Source: a bacterium (GTDB lineage: Bacteria > SAR324 > NAC60-12). From it: a DNA stretch of 64,000 nt. Of this stretch, positions 1 through 10,605 are shown piece by piece; position 1 is the first letter of the stretch; each line of letters begins with the position of its first letter. Both the position numbers and the translations under genes were made by a program. The stretch is from positions 1-64,000 of the forward strand of contig CBDBHR010000004.1 in assembly GCA_965205865.1 (NCBI GenBank). The letters are read 5' to 3'. Below the pieces are notes generated by a model, which was not told the DNA's origin, made no database searches, and saw nothing but the letters and a program-made list of their open reading frames with translations.

Positions 1-152
1 CCGCTGAAGACTACAATCACGCTCACCCAGGTTCATCACGGTTCCGTTTAAATCTCCAAGAATTTGAACTTCAATGTGCCGGGCAGGATAGATCAGCTCT
101 TCCACATAGAGATCCCCCTTACCAAAGGCACTGAGCGCCTCAGACTGGCATC
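1..152 (-). pseudogene. Biotin carboxylase (ATP-grasp) internal fragment, runs off the window edge
   Basis: Manual translation of minus strand: [51 protein letters not shown], containing the RHIEVQ and GERDCSxQR biotin carboxylase motifs. Confidence 0.8.
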
Positions 153-1080
153 TGGTAACCACATCCAAAACTAAATCTCTATTTGTAATCCTTTCCGCAG
201 TCATTTTCTTTATAGTCTCTTCGCTAAGAATTTTTAATGAAGAGTCATTTGATACAACTAGACTATGTAATTTAGCTAAACCAGACGCGCACCCTTGGCC
301 GTTAGCTGAAGGTATTTCAGCAGCTCTCCATTCTCTTGAGTTTTGATGCTTTATAAGATTAGGTCCTTTACCTTCTGCTTTTTGGGCGTCGTTAATTTTA
401 GTAGTTTCAGTGGACTGATTATCTTCCTTAGGGAAGGGTATCATTTCAGCAACTCTGTCTTCTTCGGTTTCTGGAAGTCCAATATAAAAATCAATTTCAT
501 TAGGATTGCCTATCTGGTCTGCATAAAAGTTACCAAGACTTTTTCCAGAAACTCTAGTAATTAATTCAGAAGTTAGCCATCCGAAAGTCTTTTAATGATA
601 GCCAGAGGCTGTTCCAGGTTCCCATTTTGGTCTTTTAAGATCAGGCTGTTCCAGGCTAGCTAATTCTCTTGCCATCATTATCTTGGTTGTAATAATCTTC
701 AACTTTCTTGGCTTCAGATCCACAAATTCCAGCTTGATGTGAAAGCAACATGCCAACAGTTATGTCTTCTTTTCCATTACATCCAAACTCAGGCCAGTAA
801 TGAGATACTTTTTTTCATAATCTAGTAATCTTTTTTCCACGGCTAAAGCACAAGTAATGGCTGCCACACCTTTTGTTGTGGACCAAACCGTTGCTAATGT
901 ATCTTTATTCCATAGAACTGTTTTCTGCTTATCAGCGTAACCACCCCAAATATCTATTATTGCTTTCCCATCTTTATACACAGCAAAAGATGAACCCACA
1001 TCTCTACCAGAAGAATGAAGCGTTTCAAAAAGATCCTTTACCTCTAAAAATTCTTCTTCGCAATTTCCTTGTATTTCCAT
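153..1080 (-). pseudogene. Serine hydrolase / beta-lactamase class C-like, disrupted
   Basis: ORF 760-1080 has SxxK (WSTTKG); downstream frames give WEPGTASGYH and RDLVL motifs; frameshift near the A-run at ~808-816 and a stop after GYH; AT-rich. Confidence 0.8.
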
Positions 1081-1094
1081 AATATTATTTGTTA

Positions 1095-1335
1095 TTCATT
1101 GAATTAATTATTTCCCTTTGGATTAGCCAAAATCTATCCTGTCCCTATACAGTATAATTTTCTTTATTAGATTTTATGAGTTTATATCCGGGAACGCCCC
1201 AAACAGAACCATCGTACATATCTAGACGATTCTGCTCTAGAACCTCTTTCCATTCGGTATTATCTAGATGTTCTTTGGCTTCATTCCATGGCAAGTCAAA
1301 TTCTCAATTAGGTTCTTAAGAAAACCTTTATTCGT
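1095..1335 (-). pseudogene. DsbA/HCCA isomerase-like C-terminal fragment
   Basis: Minus-strand translation HLDNTEWKEVLEQNRLDMYDGSVWGVPGY...GQDRFWLI (WGVP and GQDR motifs), frameshifted, no N-terminus. Confidence 0.55.
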
Positions 1336-1751
1336 TTGCCTTGAGCAGGTGGGTATAAAGCTGTTCGTCTTCGGGGCTGTTCGCAATTACGTTCTCAGCC
1401 AGGAATTCTGGAGGAATTTGTTTCACATTCATCTTTTTATCCAAATAAGAATTTTTAGGTTGCAATAGCTACCGGCTATCGGGAATCTTATTGTATCGGG
1501 TGAAAAATGGGAGTCCACAACAGGCTCACCTCCTATTTCAGGCGTCACGCCATCGTTTAAGATGGCTGTTGTACAAGTGGGTTGATTGGAATGGGTGAGC
1601 AAACCGGTACAATTCCACTTGCCACATGCTGGCTACACACACCACTGGATCAGAGGCCACCAGCTGTTGTGCTTCCACAATCGCTTCGCCTCCTTGCGCG
1701 TCCGAGAGCCGGCAAAATGCGTCCAAAGCAAAACCGAAGCACACAATGTTG

Positions 1752-2657
1752 TCATCGGTCCTTCAGCCTCGGGTCAAGCAGGTCCCTCATGGCATCGCCG
1801 AACATGTTTGTGCCGTAGACGACGATACTGAGAGCCAGACCTGGCCACAGAGATAGCTCTGGTCGCAATTCCATATATTTGCGTCCCTCCAGGCTCAGCA
1901 TGCTTCCCCAGCTAGCTATCCCAGGTGGCAGACCAAATCCGAGGAAGCTCAGAGCAGCCTCAATCAGTATCACGCGTCCTACTGTCGTGGTGAACGAGAT
2001 AATTATCGGAGCCATGATGTTAGGCAGAATGTGTCGGATAAGTATTCTTGTGGTGGGGCAACCGATAGACTTGGCTGCTTCTACATAAATGTTCTCCTTG
2101 ATAGTAATAGTGGCACTCCGTACTATCCTCGAGTTGCTGATGCCGATTTCCAGATCCAGGACTACTATTATCTGCGGCACGCCCCTGCCCACTATGGACA
2201 TAACAGTGATGAGGATGAGGAGAGGGGGTAAGCACAACCAGGCATCAACAAACCTCTGAACCACTGTATCCAGCTTGCCGCCAATGAACCCGGAGACACC
2301 GCCGATTATAGTAGACATCAGGGTGGCAATGGCAGTTGCGCTCAGGCCAATAATAACGGAGATGCGGGCGCCGTACATAATTCTACTTAAGATATCTCGT
2401 CCCAGGTTGTCTGTGCCGAGGAGGTGCGCTCCTGACGGCGGGCTCAACCTGTTCGCCAGGATTCCTTCATTCATTCCATAAGGGGCCAAGAAGTCCGGGA
2501 AGACCCCGGCAATAAGCAGTAGCAGTACGATAACTGCACCTACTGTACCCAAGGGCTTCTCCCTGACCAGCCTGATGAACAGGTCAACCACGAAGGATTG
2601 CTTCTTTGACGCCTTTACTGTTCCCTCCGGCGTAACTGGAACATTATCGTTGGTCAT
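1752..2657 (-). CDS. Peptide/nickel ABC transporter permease (DppC/OppC family)
   Basis: LGTDNLGRD, YGARIS, EAAKSIG (EAA loop), HILPN, FGDAMRDLLDPR. Confidence 0.93.
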   Translation of the reverse strand: MTNDNVPVTPEGTVKASKKQSFVVDLFIRLVREKPLGTVGAVIVLLLLIAGVFPDFLAPYGMNEGILANRLSPPSGAHLLGTDNLGRDILSRIMYGARISVIIGLSATAIATLMSTIIGGVSGFIGGKLDTVVQRFVDAWLCLPPLLILITVMSIVGRGVPQIIVVLDLEIGISNSRIVRSATITIKENIYVEAAKSIGCPTTRILIRHILPNIMAPIIISFTTTVGRVILIEAALSFLGFGLPPGIASWGSMLSLEGRKYMELRPELSLWPGLALSIVVYGTNMFGDAMRDLLDPRLKDR

Positions 2658-3640
2658 TATTGCTTTGTCTCCTTTCGTCGATATTTTACCCGCGGATCCA
2701 AATAAGCGTAGCTTAGGTCGACAACGAGATTGATGGCCAAAACTATAAAGGCCACAACCAGGTTTATGCCGGAAACGGCAAAATACTCTCCCTGAGAGAC
2801 AGATTCCAGCAGGTAACGGCCTAGCCCGGGTAGACTGAATAATTGCTCGATAATAACAGCACCGCCAATCAAGAATGGCAACTGAAGACCTATTATGGTA
2901 ACCACCGGGATTAGCGCATTCTTTAAGACATGCCTGATAACAACCACCCTCTCTCGGAGTCCCTTTGCCCAGGCAGTCCTGATATAGTCCTGCCTCAGCA
3001 CCTCTAGCACCATGCTGCGGGTCATTCTCATGGTTACACCGGAAAGCACCATACCTAATATGACCGCCGGAATTATCATTAACCGAAGATTTTCTGCTGG
3101 GTTCTCAATAAAGTCAACATACATTACAGGTGGCGACCAACCCCACCACAGGGCGGGGTAGATTATTACCATAGTCCCCACCCAGAAGTGAGAAAGGGCG
3201 ATACAAAGTATGGAGAAGCTACTTGCCATGAAGTGACCAACAGTATCCTGTCGTATCCCTGAATATATACCTATGGGGATGGCTATTACAAGTGCAATCA
3301 ACATGCCTAGGACAGCGAGTTCCAGGCTTATCGGAAGTCTTTGAAGTATCTCCTCAGTTACAGAGCGATGTCCTCGCATGGTATAGCCAAGTTCACCATG
3401 AAGAACAATATCCGTTACCCATCGCACATACTGAGTATGGATTGGTACGTCCAGCCCATACATACGCTCCAATTCCTCACAGTCAAACGTCCCGGCAGCA
3501 GCACCGGAACCTCCTGCTCCCGCCATTATTATATCTACCAGATTACCTGGTATGAAGCGCACACTAAGAAAGACTATTATCGATACCATGAACAGGGTGA
3601 GTATTGTGAGTAATACTCTTCGGACAATATAGCCACGCAT
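2657..3640 (-). CDS. Peptide/nickel ABC transporter permease (DppB/OppB family)
   Basis: YIVRR N-terminus, YGLDVP..QY, QDYIRTAWAKGL, YAYLDPRVKY. Confidence 0.93.
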   Translation of the reverse strand: MRGYIVRRVLLTILTLFMVSIIVFLSVRFIPGNLVDIIMAGAGGSGAAAGTFDCEELERMYGLDVPIHTQYVRWVTDIVLHGELGYTMRGHRSVTEEILQRLPISLELAVLGMLIALVIAIPIGIYSGIRQDTVGHFMASSFSILCIALSHFWVGTMVIIYPALWWGWSPPVMYVDFIENPAENLRLMIIPAVILGMVLSGVTMRMTRSMVLEVLRQDYIRTAWAKGLRERVVVIRHVLKNALIPVVTIIGLQLPFLIGGAVIIEQLFSLPGLGRYLLESVSQGEYFAVSGINLVVAFIVLAINLVVDLSYAYLDPRVKYRRKETKQ

Positions 3641-3656
3641 TTGCTTCCCCTAGAAA

Positions 3657-3842
3657 TTAGATAAGCTGGTCAATAAAAAATGTCATCTCGCTGACGAGTT
3701 TCTCAGGGTTCTCCCAACACATTAAGTGCCCCTCGTCTTGGAAAAAGACCGCTTTCGCTCCGGGAATCTGCTTCACCGTGCACCACTGTTCATCGGCAGG
3801 AAGAGCAATGTCTTTGCCACTAATCAGCATCAAGACGGGCAC
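3657..3842 (-). pseudogene. Alpha/beta hydrolase C-terminal fragment
   Basis: PVLMLISGKD...IPGAKAVFFQDEGHLMCWENPE (catalytic His motif GH); N-terminal part absent. Confidence 0.65.
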
Positions 3843-3916
3843 CTTTATCTCACCGAGACGCGTTACTTTTACCTTTGGTATTTCTTAGCCTCCTTTTTTT
3901 CTTTGTAATTCCCCCT

Positions 3917-4000
3917 CGTTATTGCGAGTCCGCCTCAGGCGGGTGATTAAGGGGGATTCAATAGCGGGATTGCTTCGTCGCTGACGCTCCTCGCAATGAC
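3917..4000. repeat. REP-like palindromic element
   Basis: GTTATTGCGAG ... GGATTGCTTCGTCGCTGACGCTCCTCGCAATGAC arms of the GTCATTGCGAG/GCAATC-type palindrome family. Confidence 0.6.
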
Positions 4001-4011
4001 AACCCCCAGGA

Positions 4012-4058
4012 TAGAGGGGGCTGAGCGCTCACGACCTCAGCCCCCTTTTTGACCAGAG
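4012..4058 (-). terminator. GC-rich hairpin downstream of SBP fragment
   Basis: AGGGGGCTGAG...CTCAGCCCCCT stem; homologous hairpin at 23866-23918. Confidence 0.55.
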
Positions 4059-4411
4059 TTAGCCTCTAAAGTGGCAGACCCTAATGCCCCATTGATTCCT
4101 TGAGTTCCTGGTCTATCCATAAGCGGGTGTATAATGAAATTTATCATGAAGTCCCATTTCTCCCGGTCTACTGACCAGTCGCCAATGGCCTGACCTTCGA
4201 GCCAGAAGCTCTCTACCTCCATCTCATTCCCAGTGACGTCAAACGGGTCAAAAGAGGCAAAGTCTGCGGTACTGAAGGTGGTCATTGTCCCGCCGGTTGA
4301 CGGGTCTTTGACCATTTCCTGGGCAAAAGCCACCGAGCCCATCGCCAGAGCAATCGCGCCCGACAAACCAACCATTATCCATTTTTTCATTTTTTGCTTA
4401 ATCTTTTTCAT
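4037..4411 (-). pseudogene. ABC SBP (family 5) N-terminal fragment with signal peptide
   Basis: MKKIKQKMKKWIMVGLSGAIALAMGSVAFA-QEMVKDPSTG...GDWSVDRE resembles the start of the SBPs at 15576 and 19656; similarity lost after ~90 aa. Confidence 0.8.
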
Positions 4412-4681
4412 GATAATTCCCTTTCCAAATACAATTGAATTAAACAGGGATTTCGAAAGTGATTTCGTACTCCCACCATTGCTCCTCTTATTTTTGGTGG
4501 CATCGATAATTTTTCCTTTCTTGTGATTTAGGATGAAGGACGCACTCAGGCGTCCATGATTTTCCAAATACCCCATTGCCTTTCCGTTCCCGGAACGGGG
4601 AACGAGGAATCTTAGGGATCTCTCCCTCTTGGACTTGGCGCCGCTTCCGCGTATGGCCCTGTCGAGATAATATAAGGGGGT

Positions 4682-4800
4682 AGAACTTGGGATGAGGAAC
4701 TTGTTACTTGGGGCTTGGAACTAAGAACTTGGGACTGGGAACTTGGAATTAGATGCTTGGTGCCGGGTGCGGGTGCCGGGTGCCGGTGCCGGGTGCCGGG
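4682..4800 (-). repeat. Heptamer tandem array (CACCCGG / AAGTTCY-type units on minus strand)
   Basis: Degenerate 7-nt units read directly; homologous to arrays at 15231 and 19309. Confidence 0.85.
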
Positions 4801-4829
4801 ATTGTACTATCATTTTAATCTCTTGTCAA
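4801..4829 (-). promoter_or_regulatory. Sigma70-type promoter
   Basis: Minus strand TTGACA-N17-TACAAT immediately upstream of the heptamer array. Confidence 0.7.
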
Positions 4830-5078
4830 GTTATTTTTTTAAAAAAGTGACACATTGTCAATTTCGATAAATGATGGCTTTTTACATTTTTGGCAACTCT
4901 TTTCTGCTGATTCCCCTCAAAAACCACCGATTTTCCTTAAATCAATATCGAACGCTCTCGCTTTCCGTCCTTGGAAAGATAAAAATGTTTACTCCCACTG
5001 CACATGTCAACTATCACAACCCTTTCTGAAATTCAACAATTAGTCGGAATTGTCCTGATATTCTACGGAATTGCCCCC

Positions 5079-5897
5079 TTATTCAGTGTTCACTTGAATG
5101 CGAGTGTATAACTTTCTAAACTCTCGTGGGCTCATATTTTCATACCGTTTGAACATTCGACAGAAATATCCTGGATCAGGATAACCCACTGCTGCCGATA
5201 TTTGATCGATATTGTCAGATCGATCCAAAAGCATATTACGAGCATGCATCAAGCGTGTGGTGTGGATCGCGTCGGTTATCGTTCTTCCAAAAACCTGCTT
5301 AAATATTCGTCTTAAATAATCCGGATTACAACGTAAACCTGCGGCAACATCAGAGGCACTCAGGGTTTTATGAAAATGGGTGTTGATATACTTTTGGGAA
5401 TGCTGTGCGAGAGAATTTGCTTGGGATAGAATGATTGGCGAGATTGAGGGATCGTTGACTTTTTCCAGCATCAGGGCAAGCAGAAGATCTGACACATTTT
5501 GGCGAAGACGCCTCGATCCTTGCTCCTCTAAAAACCAAAGGAATAGTTTGAGTAGACGATCAGGATCACTCACGGTGCCATGCTGGGGAATATTTAAGCA
5601 TGAAATAGGTTTTTTAGAATAAAGAGGACTGATGTCAAAATGGATCCAATAAAATTGCAAATCTTCCGGATAAGGAGCAGTGCCTCCATGGTGTCGCTGA
5701 GGGAACAAAATCAAATATTCTCCTTCTTTAATTTCGAATTCCAGCCCCTCTTCCCGTATGAGGAGACAACCCTGAAGGACGTAAATAAGCTCATGGCAAG
5801 TCATCGTGCGTGTGCGATGCGAACCCACGCCTCGAGAATTGAATAATCCTGCGATTTGACTACGGACGGAGAGCCCTTCTTCAATAATAAGTTCCAT
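5079..5897 (-). CDS. AraC family transcriptional regulator
   Basis: N-terminal cupin (HELIYV, YWIHF) and C-terminal ISAAVGYPDPGYFCRMFKRYENMSPREFR. Confidence 0.92.
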   Translation of the reverse strand: MELIIEEGLSVRSQIAGLFNSRGVGSHRTRTMTCHELIYVLQGCLLIREEGLEFEIKEGEYLILFPQRHHGGTAPYPEDLQFYWIHFDISPLYSKKPISCLNIPQHGTVSDPDRLLKLFLWFLEEQGSRRLRQNVSDLLLALMLEKVNDPSISPIILSQANSLAQHSQKYINTHFHKTLSASDVAAGLRCNPDYLRRIFKQVFGRTITDAIHTTRLMHARNMLLDRSDNIDQISAAVGYPDPGYFCRMFKRYENMSPREFRKLYTRIQVNTE

Positions 5898-6010
5898 CGT
5901 CTCATTGGAAAATTAAACATTAAAATCGGAATTGTCCTCTTATTCTCTGGAAATAGACCTTTTACTTCCTTATTGAGCGGGGGTCAACATCAAAATTCTT
6001 TCTGGCAAAC

Positions 6011-6510
6011 TCACTCAATCGAAGATGAGGCCGGTTTCCCCTGAAGGATTAGCCCCTGAATGGGATGTGTGAGGAGGCAAAAATCCGTTTTAAGGTGATT
6101 TTCCAACTCAAAATCGACCGATTCCATGTGGCAGGGATGTGTATCGGCGGGCCTTACATTATCGAGATGGATTCTTTGGAACAATTTTTCGGTATTAAAA
6201 ATCCCATAACATCTTCGTTTGATCACTTTAATTTTGTGATTGAAGCCTTCGACAAATCCACTGCTATGACGATGGTCGAAATAATTGAGGATGTCGTGAT
6301 AATGATTTTCTGGAGTTGTGAGAAAGGGATCGAAACAAGTCAGTTGGCTCGCTTTAACGTTTTTCATCCAGCGTTTTATATTTCGATCTGCTTTTGAACG
6401 TGAGGGAGTTTGCTCAAAAATCCGCATTAATTTTTTTTGAAAGCGGTAGGCTTCTTTTAAGGGGAGAGAATGGAGAAAGGCCGTTTTCAAAACGGTTTTC
6501 TCTTTTGCCA
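6011..6510 (-). mobile_element. ISL3 family transposase C-terminal remnant
   Basis: ILNYFDHRHSSGFVEGFNHKIKVIKRRCYG (ISL3 EGxNxKIKxIKRxxYG signature); 5' end truncated at 6510. Confidence 0.88.
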
Positions 6511-6612
6511 CATAGGAAAATCAAAAATTACACAAAACGAGAGCACCTGGAAATAGGTTTGTAAAGGCAATTTCAGGGAGTCTATTTTTGATTTTTTGGT
6601 AGGTTTGATGTG
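6511..6612 (-). mobile_element. IS91-family oriIS-like end remnant
   Basis: Minus strand ...GTGTAATTTTTGATTTTCCTATG; ~100 bp similar to 22441-22540, which lies downstream of an IS91-type transposase fragment. Confidence 0.6.
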
Positions 6613-6701
6613 GCGGGCCAAACTCGGTGCGTTTGTCTTCATTGGCGTCGAGGGAATCATTTGCCGCCTTAACAGCTAATAGCCGGGCACTTTAGCTATC
6701 G

Positions 6702-8384
6702 CTACATGCTTGTGAACCGGTCAAGCACATTTCGGGTGATAATCTCCGTGTACACGTCGCGCAATTTCAAACCATTGACCCATTCACAAGTACCCGCACA
6801 GAAAATCTGGCCCTTGCCCTTGGGGGCGGCAACGATCATCCCGTTACCACGCTTACCTGAACCTTCTTTTCGGTCGTGCCCTTCTCCGTATCGTATGTTT
6901 GCGATACCTAAGTTATCATCGGCTCCGTAAAAATGTACTGTGCCCTTATGCCCATGGTCTTGTTCCGAGTTACCGGCCAAACCCATGGCTATGATCTCCG
7001 TGCCCGGCAGTGCGCCGTCACGGTAAGTGGGCTCCGGTAAACCGTCTTCTATAATGTAATCCAGGCCATCTACCTCGTACCCGAAGATATGTGCTTCTGA
7101 GCCGAAGACATCACCGTAGCAGAGATCTGTGCCCTGCAATGCCCAATGTTCGGGGCGATACGTCGTGAATCCGGCGCAATGCCGCGGCGCAATACCGCCG
7201 ACTCGCGCATAGATGCCGTACATTGCATTAACGCCTACGGACTGGGCTCCCGGCAGCCCTACTTTCGGATCTTCCCAAAGCGTTGCGAGAAGATGTGCTT
7301 GTTCCGTCTCCCGTACAGGATCCAGCTCATGGGCCGTATGCTTGTAAGAGACTTGCACGCGGCCTTCGTCCTCCAGCCTCACTTGCCAGGCGAAGTTGCC
7401 TCCAAAACGAGCAAAGTTGCCGCCGTTCTCAACATATTTGTCCAGTGCCTGGCGCATCTCGAGAGACCAGTACTCATCGTGCCCAGTGGTCATAACACAT
7501 GGATAGCCTTCCAGCAGCTCGGGCCGGTAATGGAGATCAACTTGCGTGGCGAGGTCTAGCTCATAGCCATTCTGCTGGGCCCAAACGATAAAGTTATGTT
7601 CGAATGAACCCCAGCCCGCGCTCGCATACCACTTGCTGTAGCCACGGGTAAAGGCAAACTCAATGGGCGGATTCCTGGGGATGTAACCCGGGCGCGTGTC
7701 ATACTCGTGAGGTTTGCGAGGCGCGCCCTCCGGCACGTATATAAGCCCTCGGGTCCAAGGTCGATGCAGGTGCAGGCGAGGCGCGAGGCCGGTGTCAGTC
7801 TCCCCATGGAGACCGACGTAATTGTTGGTCCCACCCCAGTCATTGTAAGCGGTCCAAGTACTGGTAGCAGCTATGAGCAGAATCTTGGCGCGCTTGTTCG
7901 AGCCACCCGGCCGCACGATAAATCCGTGCTCGTGTTCTCGCTCAACGCCGCTCTCGTCAACAACACGACTAACCACCATGTAAAACCCCGACGGTTGGTC
8001 ATCCGGTATGCGCCAGCGATGAGCTTCCGGCCATCCGCAACCCTTCTCGTAAAAGTCCTCGGGCGTCTTATGAAAGCTCCCCGGCAGACCCTCTACCTTG
8101 TAAACACTCTCAGGACGGTAGCCGTCACGAATTATTTCGATGGAGTACTCCTTCGCTGTCGTACTGGTATGGAAGATCACTTCGTCACCGGGCGCGTAGG
8201 TCATATGATCTGTGTAGCACCAAACTTCCAGGTAATTTGCATCCCCCATAGAACACTCGTAGAAATGCGGCACGGTGGCATCGAAAGCCTGCCCACGCGG
8301 AATGCGCATCGGCGCTGACCACCGAGTATGGTGGCTATAGCGACTTAGCAGACTCTCGTTTTTTTTGGCTGTTTCGCTATTCAT
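6702..8384 (-). CDS. N,N-dimethylformamidase large (beta) subunit-like protein
   Basis: TWTAYNDWGG, GHDEYWS, FARFGGNF, FGYEVDG, AGTCEWVNGL motifs; start uncertain (ORF open to 8477). Confidence 0.85.
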   Translation of the reverse strand: MNSETAKKNESLLSRYSHHTRWSAPMRIPRGQAFDATVPHFYECSMGDANYLEVWCYTDHMTYAPGDEVIFHTSTTAKEYSIEIIRDGYRPESVYKVEGLPGSFHKTPEDFYEKGCGWPEAHRWRIPDDQPSGFYMVVSRVVDESGVEREHEHGFIVRPGGSNKRAKILLIAATSTWTAYNDWGGTNNYVGLHGETDTGLAPRLHLHRPWTRGLIYVPEGAPRKPHEYDTRPGYIPRNPPIEFAFTRGYSKWYASAGWGSFEHNFIVWAQQNGYELDLATQVDLHYRPELLEGYPCVMTTGHDEYWSLEMRQALDKYVENGGNFARFGGNFAWQVRLEDEGRVQVSYKHTAHELDPVRETEQAHLLATLWEDPKVGLPGAQSVGVNAMYGIYARVGGIAPRHCAGFTTYRPEHWALQGTDLCYGDVFGSEAHIFGYEVDGLDYIIEDGLPEPTYRDGALPGTEIIAMGLAGNSEQDHGHKGTVHFYGADDNLGIANIRYGEGHDRKEGSGKRGNGMIVAAPKGKGQIFCAGTCEWVNGLKLRDVYTEIITRNVLDRFTSM

Positions 8385-8572
8385 CTTCATCTCTTTCTGT
8401 CGATATCGGGATCCCATTTCTTTCTCATGTCTTTCACCTATCCAGCGCGTTTTCGATTGGGCGGTTCTCGTCGTCAAATTACGTCAGCACTTCAACCGAA
8501 TTTCAATTATTGAGAATTTTGCAGTGAGCGCGACTGATAATGAATTTCTTCCAACCAAGACCACGAATAAAT

Positions 8573-8995
8573 CTAGTTGTGCACGCCACCACAAACGTTA
8601 ATTGTCTGTCCTGTCATATAGCTGGAGGCATCAGAAGCCAGAAATAACGCGGCACTGGCAATTTCCTCCGGCTCACCTATTCGCCCCAACGGCCTTCTGC
8701 TCTCAAGCATCTTCAAGATCTCAGGATCACTCCATAAGTATCGACCCCCTCGGTCTTGGTATACCCCGGTGCAATCGAGTTAATCCGTATATTGTGTTTA
8801 CCGAAATCTCAAGCCAGGCACTAGGTCAGCATGATGGCACCTGCTTTGGCAACATTGTAGGTTGTCCCTAGCCCACCAGACACTCGTTTTCCATCACCTG
8901 AGGTTATGTTGATAATGTTCCCTTTTCTCTGTTCGATCATCCTCTGACCCACGACTTGGCAACAAAAGTAAGTGCCTTTGAGATTAGTATCCATA
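8573..8995 (-). pseudogene. Short-chain dehydrogenase/reductase, 3' half with stops
   Basis: Manual translation NLKGTYFCCQ..GNIINITS..YNVAKAG (YxxxK)..[41 protein letters not shown]; two in-frame stops. Confidence 0.85.
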
Positions 8996-10402
8996 ATCGT
9001 ATTTATTCAGTTCCTCGTCTTTCTCGGCAAAGATGATGTACTCCTTCAGGAAGGCGAGCACCTGAGGGATGGCGCAGAAGCTCTTCTCCTTGGCCTCCAA
9101 CTGGCCGACGTCGGGGTCTTTCCAATTGAAAATGTTTTGCCGTACCGTGTTCCATGTCACGCCGTAGGAAAAACCGATGGAGTCAGTGGCGGTGAAGAGT
9201 TGCTCGGGCACGAACAACTCGGGCGTCTCGCGGTGGTAACGACGGATCTGATCCACGCCGAGGGCAATCGCCTCGTCTTTGTTGGCGTTTTTGCATTCGA
9301 TCACCAGCACCGGCATGCCGTTGATGAGGAAGACTACATCCTCTCGTGTGCCATAGTTACAGTTGTGAAAGGCCCACTCCTCGGTGACTTCAAAGACGTT
9401 GCGCGTTGGGTCGTCGTAATCGATCAGGATGCAGAGAATAATCCCGATGCATGGGTTATCATCGGTCGCCCGTTCCTTTTCATTCAGCACATTCAGATAG
9501 AAATCCATCTTGCCTGCGAACTCCGGCTTAAATTCGCCGATCTTCAACTCAATGGCGACGAGGCATTTGAGGAAACGATGATAGAAGAGCAGATCAATGA
9601 AATATTCCCTTTTCCCAACCGCCACCCGATGTTGTCTGCCAATGAAACAGAAACCATAGCCGAGTTCCAGGATGAAATCCTTCAACTGCTCAATCAGCCT
9701 GTCTTCCAGCTCCCGTTCTTTAATCTCCCGACCGATGCCGAGAAATTCCAGATTGTAGGAACTCTTCTGCGTTTCCTCCACCTGCTCGGCGAGGTGCTCC
9801 GGCAGGGCGATAGGGAAATTGTGCGCTTTCCCTTCGGCCAGGCTGCGCTCGTAGGCATCCGCCTTGATCTGGTTCAGCAGAACGGACCGTGTCCAGCCGC
9901 ATTGGACTGTGGCGTAAAGGTAGTAAAGACGTTCTTTGGGTTCGGATAGCTTGTTGAGGATCAGCAAATTGTGGCCCCAGGGAACTTCTGCAACAAGCTG
10001 TTGCAGTTTTTCAACGACTTCGGATTCTCCTGATTTGGCGACAGCTTGTTGCCGATTTGAGGCAGGCAATCCCGTGGCGGGCAATTTGGCAACAGCTTGT
10101 TGCCAAATTGCGGCGATGGCGTAGGTGCTGAACAAGCGTTTCATATTTCGCAGATTTCGTGGTGAAAATCCTTTCGTCTCCGGAAAAGCTCGTCTGATAT
10201 CTCCCGAAAGCTGCTCAACTACCGACTCGCCCCAGCCCAATTCCTCCTGTTTCTCCACGATCCCGCGTCCGATGTCCCAATAGAGCAGGATCAGGTCGCG
10301 GTTCACTGAGTGTGCCGCGGAAATACGCGCCGATTGAATCCGCGATTTCACTTCGCCCAACCAGGCGGCGTAGTCAGAGGATGGGGTTAGTTTGTCAGGC
10401 AT
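8984..10402 (-). CDS. YhcG-like (DUF1016) PDDEXK nuclease fused to a type I RM HsdR N-terminal fragment
   Basis: YWDIG, FILELGYGF, IDLLFYHR..ELK (YhcG) to ~9431, then LIDYDD..REDVVFLINGMPVLVIECKN..QIRRY (HsdR nuclease); truncated. Confidence 0.8.
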   Translation of the reverse strand: MPDKLTPSSDYAAWLGEVKSRIQSARISAAHSVNRDLILLYWDIGRGIVEKQEELGWGESVVEQLSGDIRRAFPETKGFSPRNLRNMKRLFSTYAIAAIWQQAVAKLPATGLPASNRQQAVAKSGESEVVEKLQQLVAEVPWGHNLLILNKLSEPKERLYYLYATVQCGWTRSVLLNQIKADAYERSLAEGKAHNFPIALPEHLAEQVEETQKSSYNLEFLGIGREIKERELEDRLIEQLKDFILELGYGFCFIGRQHRVAVGKREYFIDLLFYHRFLKCLVAIELKIGEFKPEFAGKMDFYLNVLNEKERATDDNPCIGIILCILIDYDDPTRNVFEVTEEWAFHNCNYGTREDVVFLINGMPVLVIECKNANKDEAIALGVDQIRRYHRETPELFVPEQLFTATDSIGFSYGVTWNTVRQNIFNWKDPDVGQLEAKEKSFCAIPQVLAFLKEYIIFAEKDEELNKYDYGY

Positions 10403-10489
10403 AGTCTTTCACAGAAACAAGCTACGATGGTGTTCCGTGGTTGCAGCAAATCGCTTCCAACTTGTTGTTATAATTCATCAGGTCGTGCT

Positions 10490-10605
10490 TGCGCAGGTGC
10501 TCGACGAATTCTCCGTTGCCGTAGATGTCGGTGTGGTGATGACGGAGTTGGCCGGTCAGTGCGCCCTTGGCGTAACGCGGGTTGAACTCCCGCACTTTCA
10601 GCATC
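10490..10605 (-). pseudogene. Short HsdR N-terminal fragment
   Basis: KVREFNPRY..GQLRHHHTDIYGNGEFVEHLR resembles the segment preceding LIDYDD in this HsdR type (from memory of the family). Confidence 0.5.
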
